Source: an uncultured archaeon
GTDB lineage: Archaea > Thermoproteota > Nitrososphaeria > Nitrososphaerales > Gagatemarchaeaceae
DNA: 64,000 nt
Assembly: GCA_963799775.1 (NCBI GenBank)
Contig: CAWCYD010000003.1
Span: forward strand, 96,001 to 160,000
Direction of reading: 5' to 3'
A model generated the notes under the pieces. The model was not told where the DNA came from. It made no database searches and saw only the letters and a list, made by a program, of their open reading frames with translations. Positions 21,439-31,247 of the stretch are shown piece by piece. How positions within the stretch are numbered: position 1 is the first letter of the stretch; every line of letters starts with the position of its first letter. A program made the position numbers and the translations under genes.

Positions 21439-22068
21439 CTACTTCGCGTTCGACATGATGAAGGTGTGCTCGCTCATCTCTTTCGTTACCCGCATCCCCT
21501 TCTCGATGAACTTGTCCTTCAGCTCCACGCTGTGCACCTCGGCTATGACGCTGGGGAGCTTCTCGAGGCCTATCAGCGCAGCTTCGCACCCTTCGCAGTC
21601 CATCTTGACGAAGTCGATTTCGCTCTTGAGCATCGATAGGTCGAATCCGGAAGGGATGACCTCACAATTCCATCCGTTCGTCTTGATGTTCTCTCTGAGG
21701 TAGGCGACCTCCTCCTGGCTCGGTTCGACGCACACGACCATCTTGGCGCCTTTCTCGAACATAAGCGCCGTGCTCTCTCCGCAACCGGCCCCCACATCAA
21801 GGACCGTCTTTCCCGCCACACCGCTGGAAGGCAGGTAGTAGTCGTTCCAGAGCTTCCACTCACTGACCATCAGGGCCGCCTTCCTCCTGTTGAGCTTCAG
21901 TTTGCTCCTCCCGGTACTCACCATCGCGCTGTCGCCGATGTCCTTTAGCGAGAAGCCGGAGGTGGACCAAATGACCTTGAGCATCGTCATTGGCCCGAAG
22001 CTGAAGTCAAGGATCTTGAAGACCGGAAGATGTGATTTCTTTCCAAGACCGACCCTTGGAATTATCAA
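21439..22068 (-). CDS. FkbM-like SAM-dependent methyltransferase
   Basis: VLDVGAGCG, VCVEP, FVKMDCEGCE. Confidence 0.8.
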   Translation of the reverse strand: MIIPRVGLGKKSHLPVFKILDFSFGPMTMLKVIWSTSGFSLKDIGDSAMVSTGRSKLKLNRRKAALMVSEWKLWNDYYLPSSGVAGKTVLDVGAGCGESTALMFEKGAKMVVCVEPSQEEVAYLRENIKTNGWNCEVIPSGFDLSMLKSEIDFVKMDCEGCEAALIGLEKLPSVIAEVHSVELKDKFIEKGMRVTKEMSEHTFIMSNAK

Positions 22069-22101
22069 CCCAGAGACACCGGAGAGCTCAGCGTTTCCCG
22101 G

Positions 22102-22962
22102 CTAGTAGTCACGTCGAACGGAGAAGTCCGTGAGCTCTCTCAGCAGAGAGGCTGCCTCGCTCTCGCCGAGGACGCTCAGCCTCTCCTTGGCCTTCTTCGC
22201 GTAGGAATCTGACATCGCCTGCAAGCGAGCCATGAGCGCCCTGTCGTCCCCGTCCCGCTTCAAAGCCAAAGTTATCTTGTCCTCGCTCCCCCAGTCGAGT
22301 ATGTCGTCGTGGATCTGGTATGCGATGCCCAGGAACCTCCCGTACTCTGTAAGGGCCTCGAGCTTCTCGGCGGACGCGCCTCCCACGAGGCCTCCGAGCC
22401 TGACGGCGGTCTCGAAGAGCGCCGCCGTCTTCTTTGATATCACCTCGAGGTACTCGTCCCAGTCGAGCTTGTACACCTCGGGGTCGATGGTGAGCTCCGC
22501 ATACTCTCCCTCGCACATGTTCATCGCCGCGTTGCTTATCGTCGTCGCCACCCTCCTGTCGGGATACCGCGCAGCGATTGCGAGGATCATGGCGAAGACA
22601 AAATCCGCGGTCAGGAGCGAGGTGCTGTACCCGTACCTGACGTGGAACGCCGCCCTGCCCCTTCGGGAAGCCTCTTGATCTATGATGTCATCGTGGATTA
22701 TGGACTCGGCGTGCAGCAGCTCCACAGCGACCGCGGCATCCAGCGTCTTCTCGTTCTGCCCGTCTCCCACCGCCTCGGCAGCCAGGAGCAAGACTAGGGG
22801 CCTGATACGTTTCCCTCCCTCCAGCGCGTATCGAAGTGGCCCGTGGAAGCGAGAATCCGAGTACCTGCTCAGCTCCGTCTCGATTGCCGCATCGATCTTC
22901 TGAAGATAGTCCGTAGTCTTGAGTTCGATTCTGTCCAGGAATTCTAGGTTCTTCTTGGCCAA
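22102..22962 (-). CDS. Polyprenyl (geranylgeranyl) diphosphate synthase
   Basis: GGKRIRP, IHDDIID (FARM), KKTAALF, YQIHDDILD (SARM); TTG start at 22962 inferred from the upstream TATA element. Confidence 0.9.
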   Translation of the reverse strand: MAKKNLEFLDRIELKTTDYLQKIDAAIETELSRYSDSRFHGPLRYALEGGKRIRPLVLLLAAEAVGDGQNEKTLDAAVAVELLHAESIIHDDIIDQEASRRGRAAFHVRYGYSTSLLTADFVFAMILAIAARYPDRRVATTISNAAMNMCEGEYAELTIDPEVYKLDWDEYLEVISKKTAALFETAVRLGGLVGGASAEKLEALTEYGRFLGIAYQIHDDILDWGSEDKITLALKRDGDDRALMARLQAMSDSYAKKAKERLSVLGESEAASLLRELTDFSVRRDY

Positions 22963-22994
22963 AAGCGCGGAACCGGTGCGCGACAGACCCGCGC

Positions 22995-23011
22995 GATATA
23001 TATAATATTTT
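22995..23011. promoter_or_regulatory. AT-rich TATA element between divergent genes
   Basis: GATATATATAATATTTT in GC-rich context, about 20-35 bp from both divergent starts. Confidence 0.55.
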
Positions 23012-23028
23012 GCGAGTTCTTCTCGGCC

Positions 23029-23736
23029 TTGCTGAGGTTTCAGCTCAGTCAGCTCTGCTTGCCCTCTCAAGGGAGGTTCTTCATCCCCCTGCCGAAGCTG
23101 TCCCGGGCTCAGATCTCCCTGGTCTCGGAAGGCCTCGTCAAACGGGGATTCCACGTCAGGACCGGCAGCGGAAACGGCAGAAGGCTGGCGCTCAAGGGAG
23201 GACAGCGGATTGCGATTGACGGGCGCCTCGGGCTCGCCAGCTCAAGCCAGGACATGCTCGACGTCCTGGCTCCCATGATTCCCTCGATTCTAGCCTCCTG
23301 CAAGGGCGACGACTCGGACGTGGCAGCGAGATACTTCGCCCTCAAGACCTCCGACTCTGGATTCGAGCTGCAGCTATTCCCGCGAATGGAATCACTCGGC
23401 ATCTGGACAGGTCTCAGAAAGGAAGGGCTCTGCGGACTCACGGCAGATGAGTTCTTTGTGCTGAAGCATGTCGTCGGGAGATCGTCGAACTCTTCAAGAA
23501 TCCAATGCATTTCGGACAGGCCTAGCCGAGATTCAAGGCTCCTTCAATTCGGGAGGCACGTCTATTACGAGACCACGATGCCGCCTCGCAGCTTCCTCTC
23601 GAGCCTGCGGACCATCGACCCTGACAGCAACGGCTCGGCATATCTTCCGCGAGACTCTATCATCAGGTTGAGAGGGACCGCGGAAGATGTGCACGTGTCG
23701 GCATCCCAACTGGGCGAATGGTGCTGCGGGGACTAG
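23029..23736 (+). CDS. Hypothetical protein
   Basis: 235-aa ORF divergent from the prenyltransferase, abutting the mntR stop; no recognised motif. Confidence 0.5.
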   Translation: MLRFQLSQLCLPSQGRFFIPLPKLSRAQISLVSEGLVKRGFHVRTGSGNGRRLALKGGQRIAIDGRLGLASSSQDMLDVLAPMIPSILASCKGDDSDVAARYFALKTSDSGFELQLFPRMESLGIWTGLRKEGLCGLTADEFFVLKHVVGRSSNSSRIQCISDRPSRDSRLLQFGRHVYYETTMPPRSFLSSLRTIDPDSNGSAYLPRDSIIRLRGTAEDVHVSASQLGEWCCGD

Positions 23737-23738
23737 GG

Positions 23739-24188
23739 CTACTTCGAAGCGTCGATGCTCTTCCTGATCGCAGCCAGCAGCTTCGGATTTCGCTTTAGAT
23801 AATTGAGCAACCGGCTCAGCCTCTCGATGGTCGCTGGATGAAGGTCGTGCTCGGCCCCTTCCGCGTCAGTGTAGGCAATCTCCTTGTCCACACCGAGAAT
23901 GGTGAGCAGCTCTTCGATCGTCCCGTGCCGTCTGATCACCGACCTCGCCACGCTCTCGCCCTTCTCCGTCAGCCTCATCCCTCGGTAGGGTTCGTGGATC
24001 AAGTAGCCCCTCGTATTCAGCTTCTGGAGCATGTTTGAGACGCTCGGCGGTTTCACCTGGAGACGCTCGGAGATGTCGACGGTGCTCGCGAATCCCTTGT
24101 CGTGGATGAGGTGGTATATCGCCTCGAGATAGTCTTCTAGCCTCGGTGTCTCCCTCCTCAGCTCGCTGGTCCGAGACAACCTTTTCAT
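23739..24188 (-). CDS. mntR: DtxR/MntR family metal-dependent repressor
   Basis: LEDYLEAIY, VKPPSVSNMLQKL, LTEKG...RRH..IE, DAEGAEH. Confidence 0.88.
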   Translation of the reverse strand: MKRLSRTSELRRETPRLEDYLEAIYHLIHDKGFASTVDISERLQVKPPSVSNMLQKLNTRGYLIHEPYRGMRLTEKGESVARSVIRRHGTIEELLTILGVDKEIAYTDAEGAEHDLHPATIERLSRLLNYLKRNPKLLAAIRKSIDASK

Positions 24189-24272
24189 GCACGGGCCGTA
24201 ACCAACCGATAAAAACGCTTCTGAGTCCTTAGCCTTCGAGTGCTCTACAGGTTGTAGGAGGGACATATCATA

Positions 24273-24290
24273 TTAGACGTGCCAAACTTA
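24273..24290 (+). promoter_or_regulatory. Putative MntR/DtxR operator upstream of the mntH remnant
   Basis: TTAGACGTGCCAAACTTA, 15/18 identical to the site upstream of intact mntH. Confidence 0.6.
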
Positions 24291-24316
24291 TGCTGGTGTC
24301 TCTAAGGGCAAAGGCA

Positions 24317-24525
24317 ATGATTCTCCACAAGATGCATCCGGCACACTCGCGGAGGAACGCGGGGATCGAGTTCAATCATTCCGGCAATTTACCGGATGGG
24401 TCGGCCCTGCTCTGATGGTCTCCATAGCGTACATGGACCACGTTACTACGGGACCGACATCGCCGCGGGCTACAGGTACGCACTCCTTCGGGCCGTCTGG
24501 TTCGCCTCCGCGATGGTCATCGCAA
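24317..24525 (+). pseudogene. Decayed 5' fragment of an NRAMP/mntH gene
   Basis: FRQFTGWVGPALMVSIAYMD / YGTDIAAGYRYALLRAVWFASAM aligns to [41 protein letters not shown] of the 34573 gene; frameshifted and truncated. Confidence 0.75.
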
Positions 24526-24638
24526 AGAACCCCATCTCTCAGTCGGCTCCGATCCGAGGAATGCGGTCGCAGTCTAGGCCAAAGGAACGCAAGGCGGCGA
24601 AAGGGGTTAATTAGAGACGTTTCTGGGCAAGAAACGGC

Positions 24639-24749
24639 GCCCCGGTAGTATAGAGCGGCACGCGTATAGCCCGGTCAAACTGATCGTCAGTATCGAGAGT
24701 ATGCTGGCCTTTCGAGTCGGCGACGCGGGATCGAATCCCGCCCGGGGCA
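24639..24749 (+). tRNA. tRNA-Glu(TTC) with two non-canonical D-loop introns (24654-24669, 24678-24697)
   Basis: Acceptor GCCCCGG/CCGGGGC-A, anticodon arm CTGGC-CTTTCGA-GTCGG, T arm GCGGG-ATCGAAT-CCCGC; removing two BHB-flanked inserts yields a 75-nt archaeal tRNA-Glu. Confidence 0.88.
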
Positions 24750-24821
24750 CCTTATCCTACAATGGCAAATCCCCGACTTTCTGGATACCCCGCCTTAAAT
24801 ACGAAAGAAGGCCCATACCGC

Positions 24822-26097
24822 ATGACCCCCGACCTCATCCACGACTACGAGTACAACCTCAAGAACGCGCTCTCCAGGGTGAACAACGACCCGACGCTGA
24901 GGGATGAGGACAGGAGGCTGCTGCTGGCCTTCCTGGAGCACATCAAGGCCCTGCGGGTCTCGACGGGCAGGCAGGCGAAGTACGCCAACATGCTGCGCAC
25001 CGCGTCTCACATGCTGCGCGTCCCCTGGAGGAGGGCGAAGAGGAAGGACATCGATGGACCTCATGACGAAGCTGGCCGACCACGAGATCGTCAGCAGGAG
25101 GACAGGGGCGGTGCGGCACTACTCCGCTGAGACGATGGCGGACTTCCACATGGTGGTGAAGAGGTTCCAGAAGTTTGTCAGGTACGGTGACACAGACCAG
25201 GAGACCCCCTACCCCGACGAGGTCAGATGGCTCAGGAAGAATGTGAAGGAGTCCGAGAGGCGGGCGCCGCTCTTCTTCACCGACCAGGAGGTCGAGGGCA
25301 TGATCAGGGCAGCCGACAGGCTCAGGGACAAGGCGTTCATAGCGACATACGGGGAGATGGGCGGGAGGCCGTCGGAGTTCCTCCTGCTCAGGATAGGTGA
25401 CCTGACGTTCGACGAGAACGGGGTCGTGGTCCAGATCAGGCAGGGGAAGACGGGGTGGAGGACGCTGAGGCTGATCTCATCGGCCGCCTACCTCGCCGAC
25501 CATATCTCGACCCACCCCTACAGGAGCGACCCCAACGCCCCGCTCTGGCTGACGACCTCGACCAACCACCTGAACCAGCCGATGAGCTGGCTCGCCTCCG
25601 ACAAGCTCGTCAAGGAGGCGGGGTCGAAGGCGGGCCTCAAGAAGGGAAGGTGCCACATGTACATGTTCAGGCACGGGAGCGCGACGAGGAACGCGAGGTT
25701 CCTCACCGACGCCGAGATGAGGCTGATGTTCGGGTGGTCGCCCAGCTCCAAGGTCCCAGGGAGGTACGTCCACCTCTCGGGCGGCGACCTGGACCAAAAG
25801 TACCAGCAGGTCTACGGCTCGGGGAGGCCCGTCGAGCCTCCGAAGCCGAGCTTCGCGCCTGTGATCTGCCCGAGGTGCCAGGCGAAGGCCTCCCCCGGGA
25901 TGCTCTACTGCCCCAGGTGTGCTTCGCCCCTGGACCAGGCGGAGAGGGCGAAGATCGCGGTGCGGGAGGAGAGCACCAAGAAGGAGGTTTCAGAGCTGAG
26001 GGGTCTTTTGGAAAAGTACCTCAAGACGCCGGCTTCCAAGGAGCCAAGTCCCGCAGCAGGTGATGCCACTTCGCAGCGGGGCATGGCGCCTGGCTGA
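24822..26097 (+). CDS. Tyrosine recombinase/integrase with C-terminal Zn ribbon, frameshift near 25055
   Basis: GGRPSE (R), GKTG (K), YMFRH (R), MFGW, RYVHL (Y), CPRC...CPRC. Confidence 0.92.
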
Positions 26098-26108
26098 GGG
26101 GCTCTGGT

Positions 26109-26570
26109 TTGACCCGAGACTTCTACGAAGTCCTGGGGGTGCCGAGGGTGGCTTCGAGTGCCGAGATCAAAGAGGCATTCAGGAGACTCGCGTTCCAGTA
26201 CCACCCCGACAGGGATGCGGGGGAAGGCGAGAATTTCAAGGAGATAAGCGAAGCTTATGCCGTTCTGTCGGACGCCGAGAAGAGAGCCCTGTACGATGCC
26301 CTGGGCCCCGACAAGTACGATGACCCACGTGAGGTCCTATTTTACAGGCTGAACCAGGAAGCAGCCAACCGCGAGGTGGAGAGGGAGTATGAGGGGTCGA
26401 GGTCGGCGCAGAAGTACAACGATGCGGAGGGCCTAGGATTTGTCATCTTCATCCTCGTCATAATAGATTTCGTGATTCCCTCGTGGGTCTTTGGGCCCTG
26501 GTTCTACGTATTCAATACCTTCCTCATCCTCGCCATAGCCGTCGGCATTTATGATCAGTTCAAGTCTTGA
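26109..26570 (+). CDS. J-domain (DnaJ-like) protein with two C-terminal TM helices
   Basis: DFYEVLGV...YHPDR...[17 protein letters not shown]. Confidence 0.85.
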   Translation: MTRDFYEVLGVPRVASSAEIKEAFRRLAFQYHPDRDAGEGENFKEISEAYAVLSDAEKRALYDALGPDKYDDPREVLFYRLNQEAANREVEREYEGSRSAQKYNDAEGLGFVIFILVIIDFVIPSWVFGPWFYVFNTFLILAIAVGIYDQFKS

Positions 26571-26626
26571 TTTGGCGCCTGCTGTCAGTGGAGCGAATTT
26601 TCTGCAAGACCAATCACCCAAAGTAT

Positions 26627-26660
26627 CCCCGTGAAGGCGCAATGAACCCATCGGCATGGC
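26627..26660 (+). repeat. Intergenic repeat copy 1 (core GCAATGAACCC)
   Basis: CCCCGTGAAGGCGCAATGAACCCATCGGCATGGC. Confidence 0.75.
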
Positions 26661-26783
26661 AAACTGTTCTGACGGGAGACAAATCCTGCCACTTCACAAA
26701 TGATATTACTTCGCTTGAATTGAAAACACCTCGGCAAGGAGCCCGACTAGACAGTGCAACCTCAGGCCCGACGAAGGAGAACC

Positions 26784-29305
26784 ATGCTGAACTTACTGGC
26801 CTCTTTGGTCGTCACCGCCCTACTCGTGCTCTCCTTGGCGTTTTACATTCAGAACAAGTCAGCGCCGCAGCCGTCCTCGGCTCAGAGCGAAGAGACTGGA
26901 CCATCCTCATCATACCCGGCGCTCAACGTGACGGGTCTGGGAGCTAGCCAGTCCTCCTCATACACCACCCTCCGGGCGACAAATGGGAAGGGTGGTGTGC
27001 TGAACTGCACGGGGCCGGCAGAGGCCTTTGTCGACGAGGGCGCACTCTACTCCCAATTCGGATACCCTCTGCTATCCGGTTATACCACCGCCAATTACAT
27101 TGACCCTCTGCGCCCATCCTTCATCTACTTCGTCCAGTTTCCCAACGAATATGACGTGGCGCTTGGCAATCTGGAAATCCCGATGTCCACCGTGTGCCAG
27201 GGGATAGGTTATGCTGCGACCGCTCTCGGCATTAGTCCTTCGAATTACACCCTGGCCGAGGTCTCCCTCAACGACGCGGAGCTCAACACCGCGTATCCAA
27301 GTACGACCGTGAGTTGGGATTTCTATTTCGCCAGAGTCTACGATGGCTACTGGATTTACGGGACAGTCGGCAGCAGCTATTCCGCGGTGGCCAGGGTCAA
27401 CGCGGTGACAAACAACGTCTACGACGTCTCTATGGACAACTACAGCCTGTCGGGTTCGCCTCCCGTTCACAGCCCAACTGTCAATTCGAGCCAGGCTCCT
27501 CGAGATTGTCCGACACACGACGATGAACCACGTGCCCTCCGCTGTGGCGAACGGCTCGGTGACCTCCATGGATCTCAGGTTCGCGACATTTTACAACGAG
27601 CAGGGAGGAGCCTACCCGGCCATTCATTCCGTGAACGACACCACTCAGGCGGACGACTTGAGGTTGCTGTGGATAGTCGTCACGAGCGCGCCAAACTACG
27701 TGGGCTACTTCGTCGTCGACGCGGTGTCAGGCCAGGGCCCTCGAGGCCCTGGCCGAATCGACCTTGCCTTGCGGAGGCGGCCCTTGCGCAACAACGACCA
27801 TCACGCCGTCGGGCGTGACGGCCACGCCTGACTTCGACCAAGCCCACGGTCTCGCCGTCGAACCAGAATCGTTCGACGTGGATGGCAGAGTGTTCGGCCT
27901 GAACGGAACCTATCCGGTTTACGTGCCAAACGTGGTAGTGGTGGCACCAGGAACATCGGGGACGCTCGGACTGACCCTCCAAGGGATAGAGGTAAACTGC
28001 CCGCCCAGCCAGACTTCAAGCTCAGGTTCGCAAACCGTCATAACCGTGCAGAACTGTCCAACTGCATACCAGGTAAGCCCATCCACCAGCCACCTCCCCA
28101 CTGGGGTGTCCGTTTCGTTCTCGCAGCCGACCGTGAATGTCGCCGATGGAGAAACCTTGAACGAAACTATGACAATCTCGGTTTCGGCGAGCGCAGCGCA
28201 AGGGACCTACATGGTGTTTCTGGGAAACGCGCCCTACACTAGTGGCGTATTGGGAGACTACTACATACTGTCGGTGTGGGACGGCAAGGGGCAATGGCCA
28301 GTCCTTCCCTTGCTCAGCGTCCCCCTGTTCAATGGGGATAACCAGCCGATTATCGTCAACGGGACGGCCATCTTCACTTATACCATCACTCGCACGTCGG
28401 CAAGCATAGGGACGGTCGACCTGCCTGGGAGCACCCCGATTGCTGCGGCCGTGGACCAAGCCAGGAACCTGATTTTCGTTCAAGAAGGCGGTCTCAACAA
28501 TGGCGGCAGGGACGTCGGTGTCTCGGTTGTGAGCGGGTCCAACGACAGCATCCTTGCTACCATCCCGATTTACAACGCGACTCTTCAGGCTATCCCTGGC
28601 ACAATGGCCTTCAACCCCAACAACAATCAGCTCTACGTGGCCGCATACGCGGATGGTGGACATGTGTTCATACTCGACACTGTCTTGATGAAAGTCGTGG
28701 GCAGTATTCCGGTGGACGGGGCAGAGGCGATAGCCTACAATCCGATTACCAACATGATCTATGTTTGCGGAGATGGTGCGATCGGTCTCAACGCGATTGA
28801 CGCCTCGACACTCAGGGTGGTGGCTTCTCTTGGAACAGGAGGGGTCGCGATAGCTGTGAATGCTGCGACGAACATGGTCTACGAGGCTAACGACAATGGG
28901 ATGGTGAACGTGATTGACGGAAGCACAAACACGATTAGGGCGAGCGTTCACGTGGGCACACATCCCGAGGCGCTAGCGGTCAACTCCAAGACGAACACCA
29001 TATACGTTGCGAACTACGGTTCGAATTCCCTGTCGGTCATCAACGGAGCGACCAATCAGGTGATAGCCACGGTTCCCGTAGGGACGAATCCATATGGGGT
29101 CGCCGTCGACTCTGACACGAACAGGATTTATGTCAGCGACTACGGTTCTGACAGCGTGGTCGTGATAGACGGGGGGCTTAACCAGCCCCTGTATGCGGTG
29201 CCCACAGGCTCAGGTCCGATTGGACTAGCCGTCAATACGTCGACCGGCATGGTCTACGTATGCGATAAGTACATGGTCTCAGAGCTTTCCGTGCTTAGAC
29301 CTTAG
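26784..29305 (+). CDS. Large membrane-anchored secreted protein with C-terminal YVTN/YncE beta-propeller, two frameshifts
   Basis: N-terminal TM; pieces 26754, 27523 and 27764 are collinear; repeats IYVANYGSNSLSVING, VGTNPYGVAVD. Confidence 0.75.
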
Positions 29306-29447
29306 ACCCTCTAACTTCTTCGAATAATCAGTGCAGACAAACCAACTGTCGGTCGACATTGCGGCCCCGTTCGAAACAATGCACTCTTCTCGGGATTCTC
29401 CATCGAATTTTCATCGTTACTTGCGTTGCATTAGGGGCCTGGTCGCC

Positions 29448-29481
29448 CCCTGCGGAGGCGCAATGAACCCTTATGCATGGC
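29448..29481 (+). repeat. Intergenic repeat copy 2
   Basis: CCCTGCGGAGGCGCAATGAACCCTTATGCATGGC. Confidence 0.75.
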
Positions 29482-29577
29482 GACACAATCGCCGGCAATT
29501 GAAGATAGCTGGCTCGGGCAATCCTGATAGAGCAGGGGAGCTTATAGCTGCATTTGGGAGTGTGATCGAGGGGAAGG

Positions 29578-29907
29578 TTGGAACGTCTCCCAGCTGAAAC
29601 GACCGCTCCTGACGGAACAAGAGTCGTTCTAACGCTGGACGATTGGCTTCACGTGCAGTTCAGGCACCCTGAAGTTGGAACAAATCCGGCGGTCTTGCTT
29701 GGAGCAGTCTCGGACCCGGACGAGGTGCACCCAGACGAACGAGGAGGGCTCCACGCCCTAAAGCGAGTTGACCAAGACCATTTCTTGGTGGTTATCTACC
29801 AGTCCACCAATGAAGCCGGTGGAGGCTTAATTAGGACGGCGTTTTTGATTAACGAGAGAAGGAAGAACCGGAGGTATAGCGAGACATGGCGAGCAAGACA
29901 ATCCTAG
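29578..29907 (+). CDS. Putative BECR-fold (RelE/colicin-like, DUF4258/PBECR-like) RNase toxin
   Basis: WLHVQFRHPE...DPDEV...FLVVIY...GLIRTAF pattern; overlaps the DUF2283-like gene. Confidence 0.6.
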   Translation: MERLPAETTAPDGTRVVLTLDDWLHVQFRHPEVGTNPAVLLGAVSDPDEVHPDERGGLHALKRVDQDHFLVVIYQSTNEAGGGLIRTAFLINERRKNRRYSETWRARQS

Positions 29908-30146
29908 ACCTTGACCTGAGGAAGATACTCACCCGGGTCGAGGAGAGATACAAGGTGAGGCTCCCCAGAACGGTCCTTGCCGTGGACTACGGGGAGCGGG
30001 GCGACCTCTACCTCAGATTCAAGCACGTCGAGAGGCCTGTCGGCGAGCCAAGCAAGGACGGCTTGGTCATCTTCTTCTACAAAGGCAATGATGGGCAGGT
30101 CGTCGCGATCGAAATCATGGACCAGGCCCAGCTGATGCGAAAGTAA
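29886..30146 (+). CDS. DUF2283-like protein (putative antitoxin)
   Basis: DYGERGDLYLRF...GQVVAIEIMD. Confidence 0.65.
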   Translation: MASKTILDLDLRKILTRVEERYKVRLPRTVLAVDYGERGDLYLRFKHVERPVGEPSKDGLVIFFYKGNDGQVVAIEIMDQAQLMRK

Positions 30147-30220
30147 AGCGCTTCGATTCCGCCAAAGCCTACTATTCCTGTCGCTCATCCAAGTGTCAAT
30201 CCCAACGTGCGAGTGAAATG

Positions 30221-30250
30221 CCCGGCGGAGGGGCAATGAACCCGCATGAC
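30221..30250 (+). repeat. Intergenic repeat copy 3
   Basis: CCCGGCGGAGGGGCAATGAACCCGCATGAC. Confidence 0.75.
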
Positions 30251-30298
30251 AATGGATTCGACAACCTCACTTCGGAGCCCTTCATGAGTCCAAACCTG

Positions 30299-30363
30299 GG
30301 TGACTACAACGCTCGAAAATTGTAGTCACCTTTTGAGCGCTGCCTTGAGCCGCCGGTGACTAC
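30299..30363. repeat. Perfect 11-bp inverted repeat plus third half-site
   Basis: GGTGACTACAA-N10-TTGTAGTCACC (30299-30330); GGTGACTAC again at 30355-30363. Confidence 0.7.
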
Positions 30364-30590
30364 GTTGGGGCTCGCGCCTGGCGAATGTGGTTCTGATCTT
30401 CCAGCCTCGAAAGGAGGGCCATAATCCTCTCTAGGTCAGCTCTCCTGACCGTTACGAACTCTCCCTTCTCAGCCTCGTGACCTTCCTGGACCACGGGTGT
30501 ATTCTGGTTCTGCATATTTAACGCAGGTACGGAATCAAGCTCTCCTCACTGTCTGGTGGGAATATGTGACAACCCTTGTCCCCTACCTCG

Positions 30591-31022
30591 AAGGGTGGAC
30601 ATGGTAAGGGTGGACGTGTCCATCCTTGTCCAGCTAAGGTGGACATCGGAGTTCAAGGTGGACATCACCGATGTCACCATCCGACGTCCGGGTGTCACCC
30701 ATTCTCCCTAGATGTCACCATTTTTGCCCCATTCGATGTCACCATTCCGCTCTTGGATGTCACCATTGCGGCCGCGATGTCACCCTTCTCGCGTCAGGAT
30801 GTCAAGCCTGGACGGAAAAATGTCAAGCCTGCACGTCAGGATGTCAAGCCTTTGGCTCTCAAGGTTGACATCAACGACCTTCACGCCCTCCCTAAACACC
30901 GAAGGTGGACATTTCAGGTCCCTAAGCGCGCGAAAGTGGACATGGATCTTGCAAGCACGACCCGGTTTTGGCACCGCAGATGTCCATATTCACCCTCAGA
31001 ACCACCTTCCGATGTCCACTTT
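30591..31022. repeat. Dense array of ATGTC(A/C)-core repeats (iteron-like)
   Basis: Nine direct (A/G)TGTCA copies at 30671-30846 spaced 20-24 bp, flanked by inverted GTGGAC/GTTGAC copies. Confidence 0.8.
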
Positions 31023-31247
31023 CGACCAGAACGTCCAATTTGGCTGCCCGCGTTAAATAGTCCCGCCTACTTCACCACTGCTATTCTTAGCAAAACCAAC
31101 CCCCCCCAAAACAAAAAACAGAGGCCCGCTCCAGTAGGAACGTGCCGTCAAGGACGTCCTGAGCAGAAGCTATGAACGAAGCGCAAACCATCATTCCTGC
31201 CGAGACTCTGCCTCCGCGCGTTATATGGCAACCAACTCTCCGTCTTC

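Noticed and set aside
30591-31022. CRISPR array
   Set aside because: Repeat cores are only ~6-12 bp with ~11-bp spacers and mixed orientation, and there are no cas genes.
30576-31175. 199-aa ORF with DVTI/DVKP repeats
   Set aside because: Most likely a by-product of the 21-bp DNA periodicity; several spacings are not multiples of three and inverted copies exist.
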